Positions 39,098 to 50,722 are shown, numbered from the stretch's first letter. The stretch: 64,000 bases of DNA from Candidatus Omnitrophota bacterium (GCA_018895075.1 JAHIOW010000066.1:913-64912), one strand, 5' to 3'. Numbers and translations are program-made. Notes: generated from the letters alone by a model not told the origin.

Positions 39098-39991
39098 TTA
39101 GATCCTCTCTGCAACCCTAAACTTTGCGCTACGGCTTGAAGAATTCTCTTTTATCTCATTCCTTGTTGGCGTCAGAGGTTTAGATGTTATTATATCCAAT
39201 TCCTTCTTAGAGCTAAGCGCGCGGAAACCTAATTTTACTATACGGTCCTCTAAAGAATGAAAAGAGATAACGCATATCCTGCCCGACTTATTAAGCAACT
39301 TAACCGCCTTTGTTATCGCTACCTCTAAAGCCTCTAATTCTCTATTCACCGCAATACGGATTGCCTGAAAAGTCCTGGTCGCAGGATGTATGCGATAATG
39401 TCTATACCTATAAGGTGTCGCCCTAACTACAATATTACTTAACTGTAAGGTGGTAGCAATGGGGTGCCTTTGCCTCTCTTCTACTAAAAGACGGGCAATA
39501 CGGTTATGCCACCTCTCTTGTCCGAAGGTCCAAAGTAAATTAGAAATCTCCTCCTGCGTGAGATTATTTATTAAGTCGTAGGCAGATATATAACTATTAT
39601 TATCTAAACGCATATCCAGGGGCCCCTCATATTGAAAACTAAAACCGCGACGCGGGTTTTCTAACTGAAAAGAAGAAAGACCCAGATCAAATAATATGCC
39701 GTCTATATTTTTAATATTTAATCTTTCTAAGATTTTATCGACATCAGTAAAATTGCCGTGTACAAATTCACAGGCATCGGCAAAATCGCGTAATCTTTCA
39801 GAGGCTACGGCTAAAGACTCTTGATCCCGGTCGATACCGATAAGTTTGCCTGCCGGCATAATATGCTCTAGTATTGCACGGCTATGTCCGCCTGTGCCTA
39901 TCGTGGCATCGACTATAATCTTGCCTGGAGTTAAATTTAAATGTTCTATAACCTCGTTTAACATTACCGGAGTATGAAGTTTATTTTCCAC
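39098..39991 (-). CDS. rsmH: 16S rRNA (cytosine1402-N4)-methyltransferase
   Basis: HTPVMLNEV...VDATIGTGGHS SAM-binding N-terminus. Confidence 0.9.
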   Translation of the reverse strand: MENKLHTPVMLNEVIEHLNLTPGKIIVDATIGTGGHSRAILEHIMPAGKLIGIDRDQESLAVASERLRDFADACEFVHGNFTDVDKILERLNIKNIDGILFDLGLSSFQLENPRRGFSFQYEGPLDMRLDNNSYISAYDLINNLTQEEISNLLWTFGQERWHNRIARLLVEERQRHPIATTLQLSNIVVRATPYRYRHYRIHPATRTFQAIRIAVNRELEALEVAITKAVKLLNKSGRICVISFHSLEDRIVKLGFRALSSKKELDIITSKPLTPTRNEIKENSSSRSAKFRVAERI

Positions 39992-40008
39992 TTTAAAAAT
40001 CTACTCTT

Positions 40009-40449
40009 CTATACATTTTCCATCAACTTCTCAGCTATATCCTCAAAGGACGCCTGCCAGTTTCCATAAAAGTCCCGCCACTTTTCCTTTGCCCAGATTT
40101 CAATTCGGTTAGAGACGCCTACGATAACCACATCTCTTTTTATCTGGGCAAAATCCTTAAGATACAGCGGAATTAAAATGCGCCCTTGTCTATCGGGTAA
40201 GACTTCTACCGCACCCGAAAAATATAAGCGATTAAATGTGCGCGCCTGCTGTTTAGTAAAAGAAATAGCTTTAAACTTCGCTTCCTGTGTCCGCCACTCC
40301 TCTTCCGCAAACATAAAAAGACATTTATCCAACCCCCGGGTAACAAAAAATCTTTCTATAAAACTAGATTTGGCAACCTCGCGAAATCTGGCAGGTAAGA
40401 TAAGACGACCTTTGCGGTCTATGGAGTGCAGATACTCCCCGTAGAACAT
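40009..40449 (-). CDS. mraZ: Transcriptional regulator MraZ
   Basis: Duplicated MraZ domains with DxxxR motifs (SIDRKGRLILP, LPDRQGRILIP). Confidence 0.9.
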   Translation of the reverse strand: MFYGEYLHSIDRKGRLILPARFREVAKSSFIERFFVTRGLDKCLFMFAEEEWRTQEAKFKAISFTKQQARTFNRLYFSGAVEVLPDRQGRILIPLYLKDFAQIKRDVVIVGVSNRIEIWAKEKWRDFYGNWQASFEDIAEKLMENV

Positions 40450-40462
40450 ATTTGCCTTCCTT

Positions 40463-40526
40463 CCACTTTACGCCACTTTTAACCACTTTGTATCAAAAGT
40501 ATAGATAAGAATTGCTGCTTTGTCAA
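40463..40526 (-). promoter_or_regulatory. dcw-cluster promoter (TTGACA-17-TATACT) followed by three AAAGTGG direct repeats at 10-nt spacing (MraZ operator boxes)
   Basis: Minus strand reads TTGACAaagcagcaattcttatcTATACTtttgatacaAAGTGGttaaAAGTGGcgtaAAGTGGaaggaaggcaaatATG. Hexamers map to 40521..40526 and 40498..40503, the repeats to 40463..40488. Confidence 0.55.
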
Positions 40527-40643
40527 GGTAAAAATTTACCTAATTTGATGGGATACAACTAGTTGGGGATATGGCCTACTATAGGCTCTACATATTGTGG
40601 CAATGCAGAGAAATTCTGGTGGAGGATTTTTTCTAAAATATGA

Positions 40644-41570
40644 TTAATTAGGAGGGATTACCTTTTTGGCAAGAGCAACGTCTTTTTTTATCTGTTCTGC
40701 TAAGTCCTGGTGGCAGGCGAATCTTTTTTCACCTCTTATCCTTTTTATAAACTCAATCTCTAAATTTTTGCCGTAGATACTTTTCTTAAAATTAAATATA
40801 TGCACTTCAATACATTTAGTTTTCTGCTTAACAGGGAAAGAATGATTCTTAAAGGCTGACTTTCTGCCAATGTAGCAGACACCGTTTAATTTCTTATTAT
40901 TAAATATAACCTTCACCGTATACACACCTGAAGGTGGCAGTATTTCATGGTGGGGATTTATATTAGCAGTAGGAAACCCTAGCCCTCTACCCAGAGAAAC
41001 CCCCTTGATCACACTGCCCATGACAGCCACCGGGTGACAAAGCAGTCTCTGCGCAGACGCCAGGTCTCCTCTGCTAATCAATCTACGTACGTAGGTACTA
41101 CTTATGGGCTTATGGTTTATCTTGATTACATCAAATACCTTTAATTTAAAATTGTAGATCCTAGATAACCTATCTAAAGTCTTAAAATTACCCTTTGTTG
41201 CCTTTCCAAATCTAAAGTTCTTGCCCACGCATATATAATGGGCACCGATCTTTCTCATCAAAATATCTTTTATAAAATCTCCCGCTAGAATCCTAGAGAA
41301 TTCCTTATTAAATTTCATAACTATACACACCTCTATGCCGAGTTGGCTGATTAGTTTCAAACGGTGTTCTAAAGAATACAAGCTGCCTTCTTTCTGGGGA
41401 TGGGGCCAGAATGTAACTACTATGCTCTTGCCTTTTATACGGCGTGAAAGCCTTACTACATACTTCAATATCTGCCTATGGGCACGGTGCATCCCGTCGA
41501 ATATACCTAAGGCAACAACCGGCTTTCTATATCTCCTAATCCCCCTAAACCCAAATATTATTTTCATCAA
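40644..41570 (-). CDS. ribF: Bifunctional riboflavin kinase / FMN adenylyltransferase
   Basis: ALGIFDGMHRAH FAD-synthetase motif. C-terminal riboflavin kinase domain. Confidence 0.9.
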   Translation of the reverse strand: MMKIIFGFRGIRRYRKPVVALGIFDGMHRAHRQILKYVVRLSRRIKGKSIVVTFWPHPQKEGSLYSLEHRLKLISQLGIEVCIVMKFNKEFSRILAGDFIKDILMRKIGAHYICVGKNFRFGKATKGNFKTLDRLSRIYNFKLKVFDVIKINHKPISSTYVRRLISRGDLASAQRLLCHPVAVMGSVIKGVSLGRGLGFPTANINPHHEILPPSGVYTVKVIFNNKKLNGVCYIGRKSAFKNHSFPVKQKTKCIEVHIFNFKKSIYGKNLEIEFIKRIRGEKRFACHQDLAEQIKKDVALAKKVIPPN

Positions 41571-41589
41571 TCATACCCCTTAGCGTGTC

Positions 41590-41880
41590 TGTCCCTGCCT
41601 GCCGGCAGGCAGGGGGTTCCTCGGACGCCCTGCTCGAAATCAAGCCAAGCCAACCCCGCTAAGAAAACTTTGTCTAATTACTATGATGTCTTTGATTTTA
41701 GGGTTCTTGCTGGAGCGCGCATTAGGATTTTTTCGGCAAAGGTGCGCAAGGCTTTACGATGAGCGAAGGTCGTGCGTGTCGAAAGGCGCCTCCGAAAGCG
41801 AAGAGTAAACCGTAGCGCACGGCGAAAAAATCCAGCGCGCGCAAGACAAAACCCTGAAATCAACGTCTCATTGAACGAGA
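41590..41880. ncRNA. Candidate GC-rich structured ncRNA (long imperfect hairpin about 190 nt; 6S-like architecture); strand unresolved
   Basis: GC content is far above local background. Arms of about 35 nt (41701..41742 and 41821..41854) are near-perfect reverse complements (GGGUUUUGUCUUGCGCGCGCUGGAUUUUUUCGCC vs GGCGAAAAAAUCC..GCGCGC..GCAAGAACCC), and the stem continues inward (GUGCGC/GCGCAC). Only Arg-rich, artefact-like ORFs occur here. Confidence 0.3.
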
Positions 41881-41892
41881 AAATCGCCAGGT

Positions 41893-42906
41893 TCATTTTA
41901 GGCTTTCCCGGATTTTGGCTAAGACCCTTTTTCTTACCTCGTCTATCTTGCCTTCAATAGTGCAACCGCTGGCAGTCTTATGTCCCCCGCCGCCAAAGAA
42001 TTGGGCAATTTTATTGACATCAACCTTGCCTTGGGACCTAAAATTTACCCTTACCTCATTTTTTTGGTCTAAATTCTCTTTAAATAAAACTGCTACTTCT
42101 ACATCCTTTATGGCGCGGGCAAAACTTAATATATATTCGCTTAAATCAAAAGATATTTTTTTATTTTTAATTAAACTCTGTTTTACTTCAAACCATGCGA
42201 CCTTTCCGTTAAAGTCTCTTCTTACAGTACTTTGTATTTTATTCAATAACCGCATATCCTCAAAAGCTATATTCTCATATACATTTTTATAAACCCCCAC
42301 TACATCTAAATTAAACTTCAGGAGTTCTGATGCTATCTTATGCGTTAAACTACTCGTATTAGAATGACGGAATGAACCGGTATCGGTAAGTATGCCCGCA
42401 TATAAAAGCATGGCTATGTCTTTATTCAAGGTAACGCCTAAGCCTTTATAAAGTTTATAAATCATCTGACAGCAGGATGAAGAATCTGGCTCTATCCAGT
42501 TTATATTGCCAAACCTTTCATTACTTATATGATGGTCAATATTAAGGATGGGCTTATCTTTAGTATTTAACTTAGAAACCTCACCGCATCTTCCCAGGTT
42601 CGAACAGTCTAGAGTTACGAAACAATCAAATTCTATATCTTTTAGGTTCTTCTTTGCGCCCTTGGCGGATTCGCCTTCGGCGAAAAATTTCCGATTAAGC
42701 TTTTCTATATTGTTTATCCCGGGTAAGAAATAATATTCGGTAGGGGTATTATCTTGATTTACAATAGTAGCCTGTTTACCTATTGCCTTAAGAAGCCTAT
42801 AGAAAGACAGCTCGGAGCCTAGGGCATCTGCCTCTAAATTTGTATGGCTGGTAATGAGAAAATTATTATTGCCTCTTATACAGGCTATTGCCTTTTTTAG
42901 ACTCAT
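41893..42906 (-). CDS. nrnA: DHH/DHHA1-family bifunctional oligoribonuclease / pAp phosphatase
   Basis: DHH-family motifs (SHTNLEADALGS, NIDHHISN) and the C-terminal DHHA1 GGGH motif (FGGGGHKTASG). Confidence 0.75.
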   Translation of the reverse strand: MSLKKAIACIRGNNNFLITSHTNLEADALGSELSFYRLLKAIGKQATIVNQDNTPTEYYFLPGINNIEKLNRKFFAEGESAKGAKKNLKDIEFDCFVTLDCSNLGRCGEVSKLNTKDKPILNIDHHISNERFGNINWIEPDSSSCCQMIYKLYKGLGVTLNKDIAMLLYAGILTDTGSFRHSNTSSLTHKIASELLKFNLDVVGVYKNVYENIAFEDMRLLNKIQSTVRRDFNGKVAWFEVKQSLIKNKKISFDLSEYILSFARAIKDVEVAVLFKENLDQKNEVRVNFRSQGKVDVNKIAQFFGGGGHKTASGCTIEGKIDEVRKRVLAKIRESLK

Positions 42907-43243
42907 TGGATTTTTTTATCTCATCCAGTATTTCTTGTATCTTAACGCTGTGTTCACTAGACCTATCCTCTTTAAAGATTAGCTCCGGTGCAAATCTTAA
43001 TCTGATTCTCTGAGCAATTAATCTGCGAATAAATCCCAATGCTGAATCCAGAGCCTGGCGCGTTTTTTGATAATCCTGGTTCTGACCTAAGACGCTGAAA
43101 AATACCTTAGCCAATCTTAAATCCGGAGTCAATTCAACCTTGGTAACCGTAATAAATCCTAAACGGGGATCTTTTAATTCGCCATGTATTATACTGCTGA
43201 TTTCTTTTTTTATTGCCTTATTGATTTTTTCCTGCCTTGACAT
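42866..43243 (-). CDS. rbfA: Ribosome-binding factor A
   Basis: KH-like RbfA fold, ...ELKDPRLGFITVTKVELTPDLRLAKVFFSV. Confidence 0.85.
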   Translation of the reverse strand: MSRQEKINKAIKKEISSIIHGELKDPRLGFITVTKVELTPDLRLAKVFFSVLGQNQDYQKTRQALDSALGFIRRLIAQRIRLRFAPELIFKEDRSSEHSVKIQEILDEIKKSNESKKGNSLYKRQ

Positions 43244-43273
43244 TTAAATTCTCTCTTTCTAAAATATATTGCT

Positions 43274-43294
43274 CCCTGCCTGCCGGCAGGCAGG
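43274..43294. repeat. GC-rich perfect palindrome CCCTGCCTGCCGGCAGGCAGG (copy 2 of 3), a terminator-like hairpin after cca
   Basis: Identical palindrome at 41594..41613 and a variant at 46822..46842. The genome around it is AT-rich. Confidence 0.6.
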
Positions 43295-43300
43295 CATAAC

Positions 43301-44572
43301 TTATGTCCTCACTAACTTTTTGATCAATGCTAATTCTTCTTGTTTTGTTCTAATCCTACCATTGAGTTTTGCATTTAAAACCTCAGAGAAGATTTTCTGG
43401 TAATATGGACCGGGGGCAATACCCAATCCGGACAGATCATCTCCCGATATATACGGGCGCATGCCATTATAAATTTCAAAAAAATCCTTAATACGCCTTT
43501 GGATATTGCGGTTTTCAGACTTTGCTTTAATCAAAATGATTATCTCATAACTTAGAGGCTCAAGCAAACTAAAAATTATGGAGGGATTAACCTTAGCTCG
43601 ACTTAACCGGTGAATAAGTTTACTTCCAATTTTTTTATGGGCTAATATTCGTTTCTCTTCTCCTTTACGAAAGACGAATCTCTTACAGATTGCTTGAACA
43701 TGATTTATAGCCAGATTTTCTATCAAACCCATAAAATAAATAAGCCATGTATCCAGCGGCCTGCGCTGCGGATACTCTTGTCTAAACCATTTAATCTGCT
43801 TTTCAATCGCACGTAATAACTTATAAGTCCTCTTTGAAACAGAAAGTTCCAAAGCTATAAAATTGAACCCCAGCAACTGATGGATACGCCTTATCTGCTT
43901 TATAGGGCGTTCTTCTTTTAATATTAAAATTAACTCATCGCGTAGTCTTTGGGGTTGTACGCTCTCTAAAATTTTTAGTTTAACCGCTTTTTTTAAAAAG
44001 CCAAGCGTATCGGAATCAATTCTGAAATTATATCTTTTTTCAAACCGGATTGCCCTTAATATACGCGTAGGGTCATCAATGAAACTTAAATCATGTAATA
44101 TGCGTATCCTCTTATTGCGCAGGTCACCTTTGCCGCCAAAGGAATCTATAAACCTACCAAAGTCTCTTGGGGTTATACTTATAGCCATAGCGTTTATGGT
44201 AAAGTCACGTCTGGATAGGTCATCTTTTAGCCTGCCCTTGGCAACCTCTGGCAGACAGGCAGGTTGCGGATAAAATTCTTTTCTGGCGCTGGCAATATCA
44301 ATTTTTAAGTTAGATTTTATGACTATAGTGGCAGTTCCAAATCTTCTATGGCGGATAAGCTTTACCCCTAAGCTAGCAGCAAAATGTTCTGCGAATCTTA
44401 TGCCATCGCCTTCCACAACGATATCTAAATCTAAGTTCTTGGCGCCTAAGATTAAATCGCGTACGAATCCACCTACTAAATAGGCAGGCATCTTATTTTT
44501 AGCAGCAATATCACTGGCTAGATGTATCAAATCCTGAATTTCCTTAGGTAATTTCTCTAAATATTTTTTCAT
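43301..44572 (-). CDS. cca: CCA tRNA nucleotidyltransferase / poly(A) polymerase family with HD domain
   Basis: Pol-beta-like head LVGGFVRDLILGAKNLDLDIVVEG. C-terminal HD-like region. Confidence 0.8.
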   Translation of the reverse strand: MKKYLEKLPKEIQDLIHLASDIAAKNKMPAYLVGGFVRDLILGAKNLDLDIVVEGDGIRFAEHFAASLGVKLIRHRRFGTATIVIKSNLKIDIASARKEFYPQPACLPEVAKGRLKDDLSRRDFTINAMAISITPRDFGRFIDSFGGKGDLRNKRIRILHDLSFIDDPTRILRAIRFEKRYNFRIDSDTLGFLKKAVKLKILESVQPQRLRDELILILKEERPIKQIRRIHQLLGFNFIALELSVSKRTYKLLRAIEKQIKWFRQEYPQRRPLDTWLIYFMGLIENLAINHVQAICKRFVFRKGEEKRILAHKKIGSKLIHRLSRAKVNPSIIFSLLEPLSYEIIILIKAKSENRNIQRRIKDFFEIYNGMRPYISGDDLSGLGIAPGPYYQKIFSEVLNAKLNGRIRTKQEELALIKKLVRT

Positions 44573-44647
44573 CTTATTTAAGCTTTAAGCCGTAAGCTAT
44601 TAAGCTCTTTAAGCTTAAAACTTAAAACTTACAACTTACAGCTACCT

Positions 44648-45535
44648 CTATGGCCGGGGGTGAAACGTCCGGTGTATTGTCTTAAGCCTATCCTTATTTA
44701 TATGAGTATAAATCTGAGTAGTGGAAATATTAGCGTGCCCAAGCATCTCCTGAACAGAACGTAGGTCTGCTCCCCCTTCCAATAGATGCGTGGCAAAAGA
44801 ATGCCTTAAGGTATGTGGTTTTATTGGTTTCTTAATCCTCGCCTGCCTGGCATATCTTTTTATAATCTTCCATAAAGACTGCCGAGATATTCTTTTTCCA
44901 AAGCGATTTAAAAATAAGAACTCGGATTCTTTTTTCTTTAATAACTGCGGCCGGCTAATCTCTAAATATCGCCTGATGCTGCCTATTGCCTTCTTGCCTA
45001 CGGGAATAACCCGCTCTTTATTGCCCTTGCCGATGCAACGCAAAAACCCTATATTCAAATTGACATTATCCAGTTTTAGATTTACTGCTTCTGATACGCG
45101 CATCCCTGTGGCATAAAACGCCTCGAGAATAGCCTTATCTCTGATACCTTGAGTATCCCTGATATTTGGTTGATTGAGTAATGCCTTTACCTCATTTAAG
45201 GAAAGTGTATCGGGAATCTTTTTCCATAATTTAGGTGAATCTATTAAACTGCTGGGATTATCCTTCAAGAGCCTTTCTCTTACTAAAAACCTATAAAACA
45301 CTTTGACTGCGGCCAATTGACGGGAAATTGAGTTTGTGGATAGGCCTTTATCTTTTTGATAGAGCATAAAATTGGTTATATCATTTCTAGTTGTCTTAGA
45401 TAATGCGTCTTTATTACGGCCGATAAGAAAGCCTATATAGGTACTAAGGTCTCTGCCATAAGCAACAATGGTATTGCCAGCCAGGCCGCGCTCTACAGAT
45501 AAATAATTAAGAAAGGTATCAACCAATTCTCTCAT
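44648..45535 (-). CDS. xerD: Tyrosine site-specific recombinase XerC/XerD
   Basis: R..H..R..Y catalytic residues. C-terminus LRHSFATHLLEGGADLRSVQEMLGHANISTTQIYTH. Confidence 0.85.
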   Translation of the reverse strand: MRELVDTFLNYLSVERGLAGNTIVAYGRDLSTYIGFLIGRNKDALSKTTRNDITNFMLYQKDKGLSTNSISRQLAAVKVFYRFLVRERLLKDNPSSLIDSPKLWKKIPDTLSLNEVKALLNQPNIRDTQGIRDKAILEAFYATGMRVSEAVNLKLDNVNLNIGFLRCIGKGNKERVIPVGKKAIGSIRRYLEISRPQLLKKKESEFLFLNRFGKRISRQSLWKIIKRYARQARIKKPIKPHTLRHSFATHLLEGGADLRSVQEMLGHANISTTQIYTHINKDRLKTIHRTFHPRP

Positions 45536-45536
45536 T

Positions 45537-46157
45537 TCAAATAAAAAAGGTATTGCTTTTCTTCTCCCCTCCTATAGTAGAAGATGGGCCATGGCCAGGG
45601 TAAATTACGGTATCATCAGGTAACTTAAGTAATTTATTTTTTATGGATTTTATAAGCAGCTTCTCATCTGCACCGGGAAAGTCGGTCCTGCCGATACCTT
45701 GGCAGAAGAGCGTATCGCCGGTAAATAAAACCTTACTGCAAGGCTTGCGCATTAATAGGCAGATTCCTCCTGGCGTATGGCCAGGCGTATGAATAACCTC
45801 TAATTGTATACCGTCTAATTCGATATTCTCTTTATCCTCTAGTGTTCTAATTTTAGAATTCAGGCTATAGGGCAACATAAGAAGATGGGACAGATTAAGT
45901 TCAGGATTTCTTGATAACGCTAAGTCTTTACTGTGAATATAAACAGGTATGTCAAATTTACCATCAGCGCCAATGTGGTCAATATGGGCATGGGTATTAA
46001 TAATAAATGCGGGCTTTAATTTATATTTGCCTAAGGCATACCTTATCTTATTCTCTTCATCGCCCGGGTCAATAATTACTGCCTCGGAGTCGGCACGAAC
46101 CGCCAGTATATAACAGTTAACCTGCATTGGCCCTACGCAGACCGTCTCTAGTATCAT
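45537..46157 (-). CDS. MBL-fold metallo-hydrolase (glyoxalase II-like)
   Basis: THAHIDHIG metal-binding motif and HTPGHTPG. Confidence 0.8.
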   Translation of the reverse strand: MILETVCVGPMQVNCYILAVRADSEAVIIDPGDEENKIRYALGKYKLKPAFIINTHAHIDHIGADGKFDIPVYIHSKDLALSRNPELNLSHLLMLPYSLNSKIRTLEDKENIELDGIQLEVIHTPGHTPGGICLLMRKPCSKVLFTGDTLFCQGIGRTDFPGADEKLLIKSIKNKLLKLPDDTVIYPGHGPSSTIGGEKKSNTFFI

Positions 46158-46312
46158 ATTAAATGAGCAGACGACTTATGGAACGCAAGTGAACATAAGT
46201 CGTAGGCGAAGCCGTCTGCGAATTTAACCCCTCACCCAGAAAACCATAGCTTTCTTTGCTGCTGGCTGGGTGAGGGGTAAGTTCGGACTGATAAATTATG
46301 TCGCTTATATCT
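46158..46312. repeat. Member of the mosaic multi-hairpin repeat family (AATGAGCAG stem / GCAA tetraloop / GAATTTAAC / CCCCTCACCCAG..CTGGGTGAGGGG hairpin / TAAGTTCGGAC)
   Basis: attaaatgagcagacgacttatggaacgcaagtgaacataagtcgtaggcgaagccgtctgcgaatttaacccctcacccagaaaaccatagctttctttgctgctggctgggtgaggggtaagttcggac. Confidence 0.65.
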
Positions 46313-48855
<2,543 letters not shown>

Positions 48856-48863
48856 TTATCTAC

Positions 48864-49136
48864 TCAGAAATCTATCCCAAACCCTTTAAACTCACCCTTG
48901 GCTTCCTGCCACTCTACATCCACATCGTGAATATATCGGGAAAAATATTGATTTAGGCTCTTTAAAAAATCTTTTAAGGCCTCCTCCTGGCCTTCAGCTA
49001 ATACCTCAACCCTGCCATCGCTAAGATTCTTGACCCAACCAGCAATGCCTAAATCATTGGCTATATTCTCTGCGGTAAACCTAAACCCTACTCCCTGAAC
49101 CCTACCGCTATAATATACGTGCATCTGTTTTTTCAT
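48864..49136 (-). CDS. acyP: Acylphosphatase
   Basis: 90 aa with VQGVGFR and GWVKN motifs. Confidence 0.8.
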   Translation of the reverse strand: MKKQMHVYYSGRVQGVGFRFTAENIANDLGIAGWVKNLSDGRVEVLAEGQEEALKDFLKSLNQYFSRYIHDVDVEWQEAKGEFKGFGIDF

Positions 49137-49359
49137 TAGATCAAGTCGCAGTTATTAAACGCAGTGCGAACCTATTTTGAAAAATTGACTACTGAAATCT
49201 AATCTATGTTACCGCGCGCGGAGCGCGCTCCCACATCTCCCGCGCAGTGCTTCAGAGCCAATGGGCAAAATTTTGGGCGGGGGCAATGAAAACCGGTCTA
49301 TTTAAACCTTAGAAAGAACAGGAAAAATTTGCTTTGAATATGTCGCAAAAATGCTACTT

Positions 49360-50292
49360 TTACGACCTCCTCCTTATTAGGTCCGCCTCTCTGCGAAGAT
49401 TGTAGTAAAATCCTCCAAATGCACTCTTTGAACTGAGTCGAAGTCCCAATTTTTCTAATTGGCATTCCACATTAGGCCCAGCTAATGAAACGTCTATCCG
49501 CTTGGTGGGATCCATCTCCAACTCAAAAATACCTTCCCCAAGGTCGCGCCTATACTTAAAATCACCGGCTACGACCGTAGTACGAGTGATGGAAGCTTGT
49601 CCCTCAGTAGACCCCTCTTTAATCCTTTCAACTCTCCCGAACACAATCCCCAGGGGAGCAAGAAGAGATGCCTCATCTACAGAACCTTTGCTCCAGTGTT
49701 CTTCAATCCATTTAGCAATGTCCTTAACCAAAGCCTCCTTCTTGCTCTGCAAAAAAACAAGAAGTGTTTGACGCTCATTGAAGGTTTTAAACACATTGTA
49801 GGCCTCTTTGGAGTCTAATGTTCCATTTGCGAGATACTTGAGATAATCGAGAAACATCAAGCGGGTGGGAGAAATCTCTGTATCCATCACTAAAGCGTTC
49901 ACTACATCTTCACCCTTGGAGAAGTCAACACCATAGAGACGCAACCTTTGTCCATTTGTTACAAGCGCCCACGGAACACTAAGATTGCGAGCATAGCTTA
50001 GTGCTTGCCGGGCTGCAACCTCATCCAAATCTCCTGCTTTTGCTTCGACAACACAAATTGGAGTATCTCCAGACATTAGCGCATAATCAACCTTTTTTGT
50101 TTCGGATCCCATGGTCACTGGAAATTCATGGCGAACAAAATTGGGGTCGGTAGGATCCCAAAGCAAAGCAGTTAATAATGGTTCAATAAGGTATTTCTTT
50201 ACTTCAACCTCTGTCCATTTTTGGAACTGCTCTCTAAACGAGTTGACACGTTCGGCGTACTTTATAAGGTTATCGTTTATTTCTTCGCTCAT
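49360..50292 (-). CDS. PD-(D/E)xK nuclease-superfamily protein (HsdR_N / restriction-endonuclease-like N-terminal domain) with uncharacterized C-terminal domain; higher GC than surroundings
   Basis: VDYALMSGDTPICVVEAKAGDLD contains the D...E-x-K catalytic arrangement typical of the HSDR_N/Mrr fold. By eye the gene is more GC-rich than its flanks. Confidence 0.5.
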   Translation of the reverse strand: MSEEINDNLIKYAERVNSFREQFQKWTEVEVKKYLIEPLLTALLWDPTDPNFVRHEFPVTMGSETKKVDYALMSGDTPICVVEAKAGDLDEVAARQALSYARNLSVPWALVTNGQRLRLYGVDFSKGEDVVNALVMDTEISPTRLMFLDYLKYLANGTLDSKEAYNVFKTFNERQTLLVFLQSKKEALVKDIAKWIEEHWSKGSVDEASLLAPLGIVFGRVERIKEGSTEGQASITRTTVVAGDFKYRRDLGEGIFELEMDPTKRIDVSLAGPNVECQLEKLGLRLSSKSAFGGFYYNLRREADLIRRRS

Positions 50293-50398
50293 TCTGTCTC
50301 CTTGTATTTATTTGAGTGGCCAAACATATACTGGTTTTTCAACCTTAACTTCTCTGCTATCTGCTTGTTGTTGGCATCCTAAAATATGAGCACCTAAT

Positions 50399-50722
50399 TT
50401 ATTTTTTTAGGGTAGGACTGTCTTTTAATCTCCCACCCTGCCAGCCGGTATTTGAAACCTTTACAAAATCATGCAATTTACACTTTGAACAATACAGTTC
50501 AAAAGCAACGGTGAAATCTCTCTTGACCTTAGGGCGATCCTCTTTCGCATATTCAGCCGGCCCTTCATTTACAATACCAAAATCTAAAATCTGCAAGACG
50601 TGAGCGTTTCCACATTTAGAACAGAAGAAATAGAAGTAATCTGTGTCTGTTGTGCCGGTAAGTCTTCCATTACTTATATTCTCTGATCCATGAAAAGGTT
50701 TTCCATTATTGAATTTTTTCAT
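50399..50722 (-). CDS. Small zinc-ribbon protein (two CSKC motifs), hypothetical
   Basis: FFCSKCGNAH ... LYCSKCKLHDF. 107 aa, no known family recognised. Confidence 0.4.
   Translation of the reverse strand: MKKFNNGKPFHGSENISNGRLTGTTDTDYFYFFCSKCGNAHVLQILDFGIVNEGPAEYAKEDRPKVKRDFTVAFELYCSKCKLHDFVKVSNTGWQGGRLKDSPTLKK

Noticed and set aside
41681-41960. Arg-rich ORFs on both strands (71 aa minus, 62 aa plus) in the GC-rich spacer
   Set aside because: Poly-Arg/Ala content is the expected artefact of translating GC-rich structured DNA. They overlap each other and the long inverted repeat, so they are better explained as a non-coding element.
49137-49359. Possible tRNA fragment or att site in the acyP-upstream spacer (GCGCGCGGAGCGCGC palindrome)
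   Set aside because: I found no match to the tRNA-Pro 3' end by eye, and a GC palindrome alone is not diagnostic. It is left unannotated.
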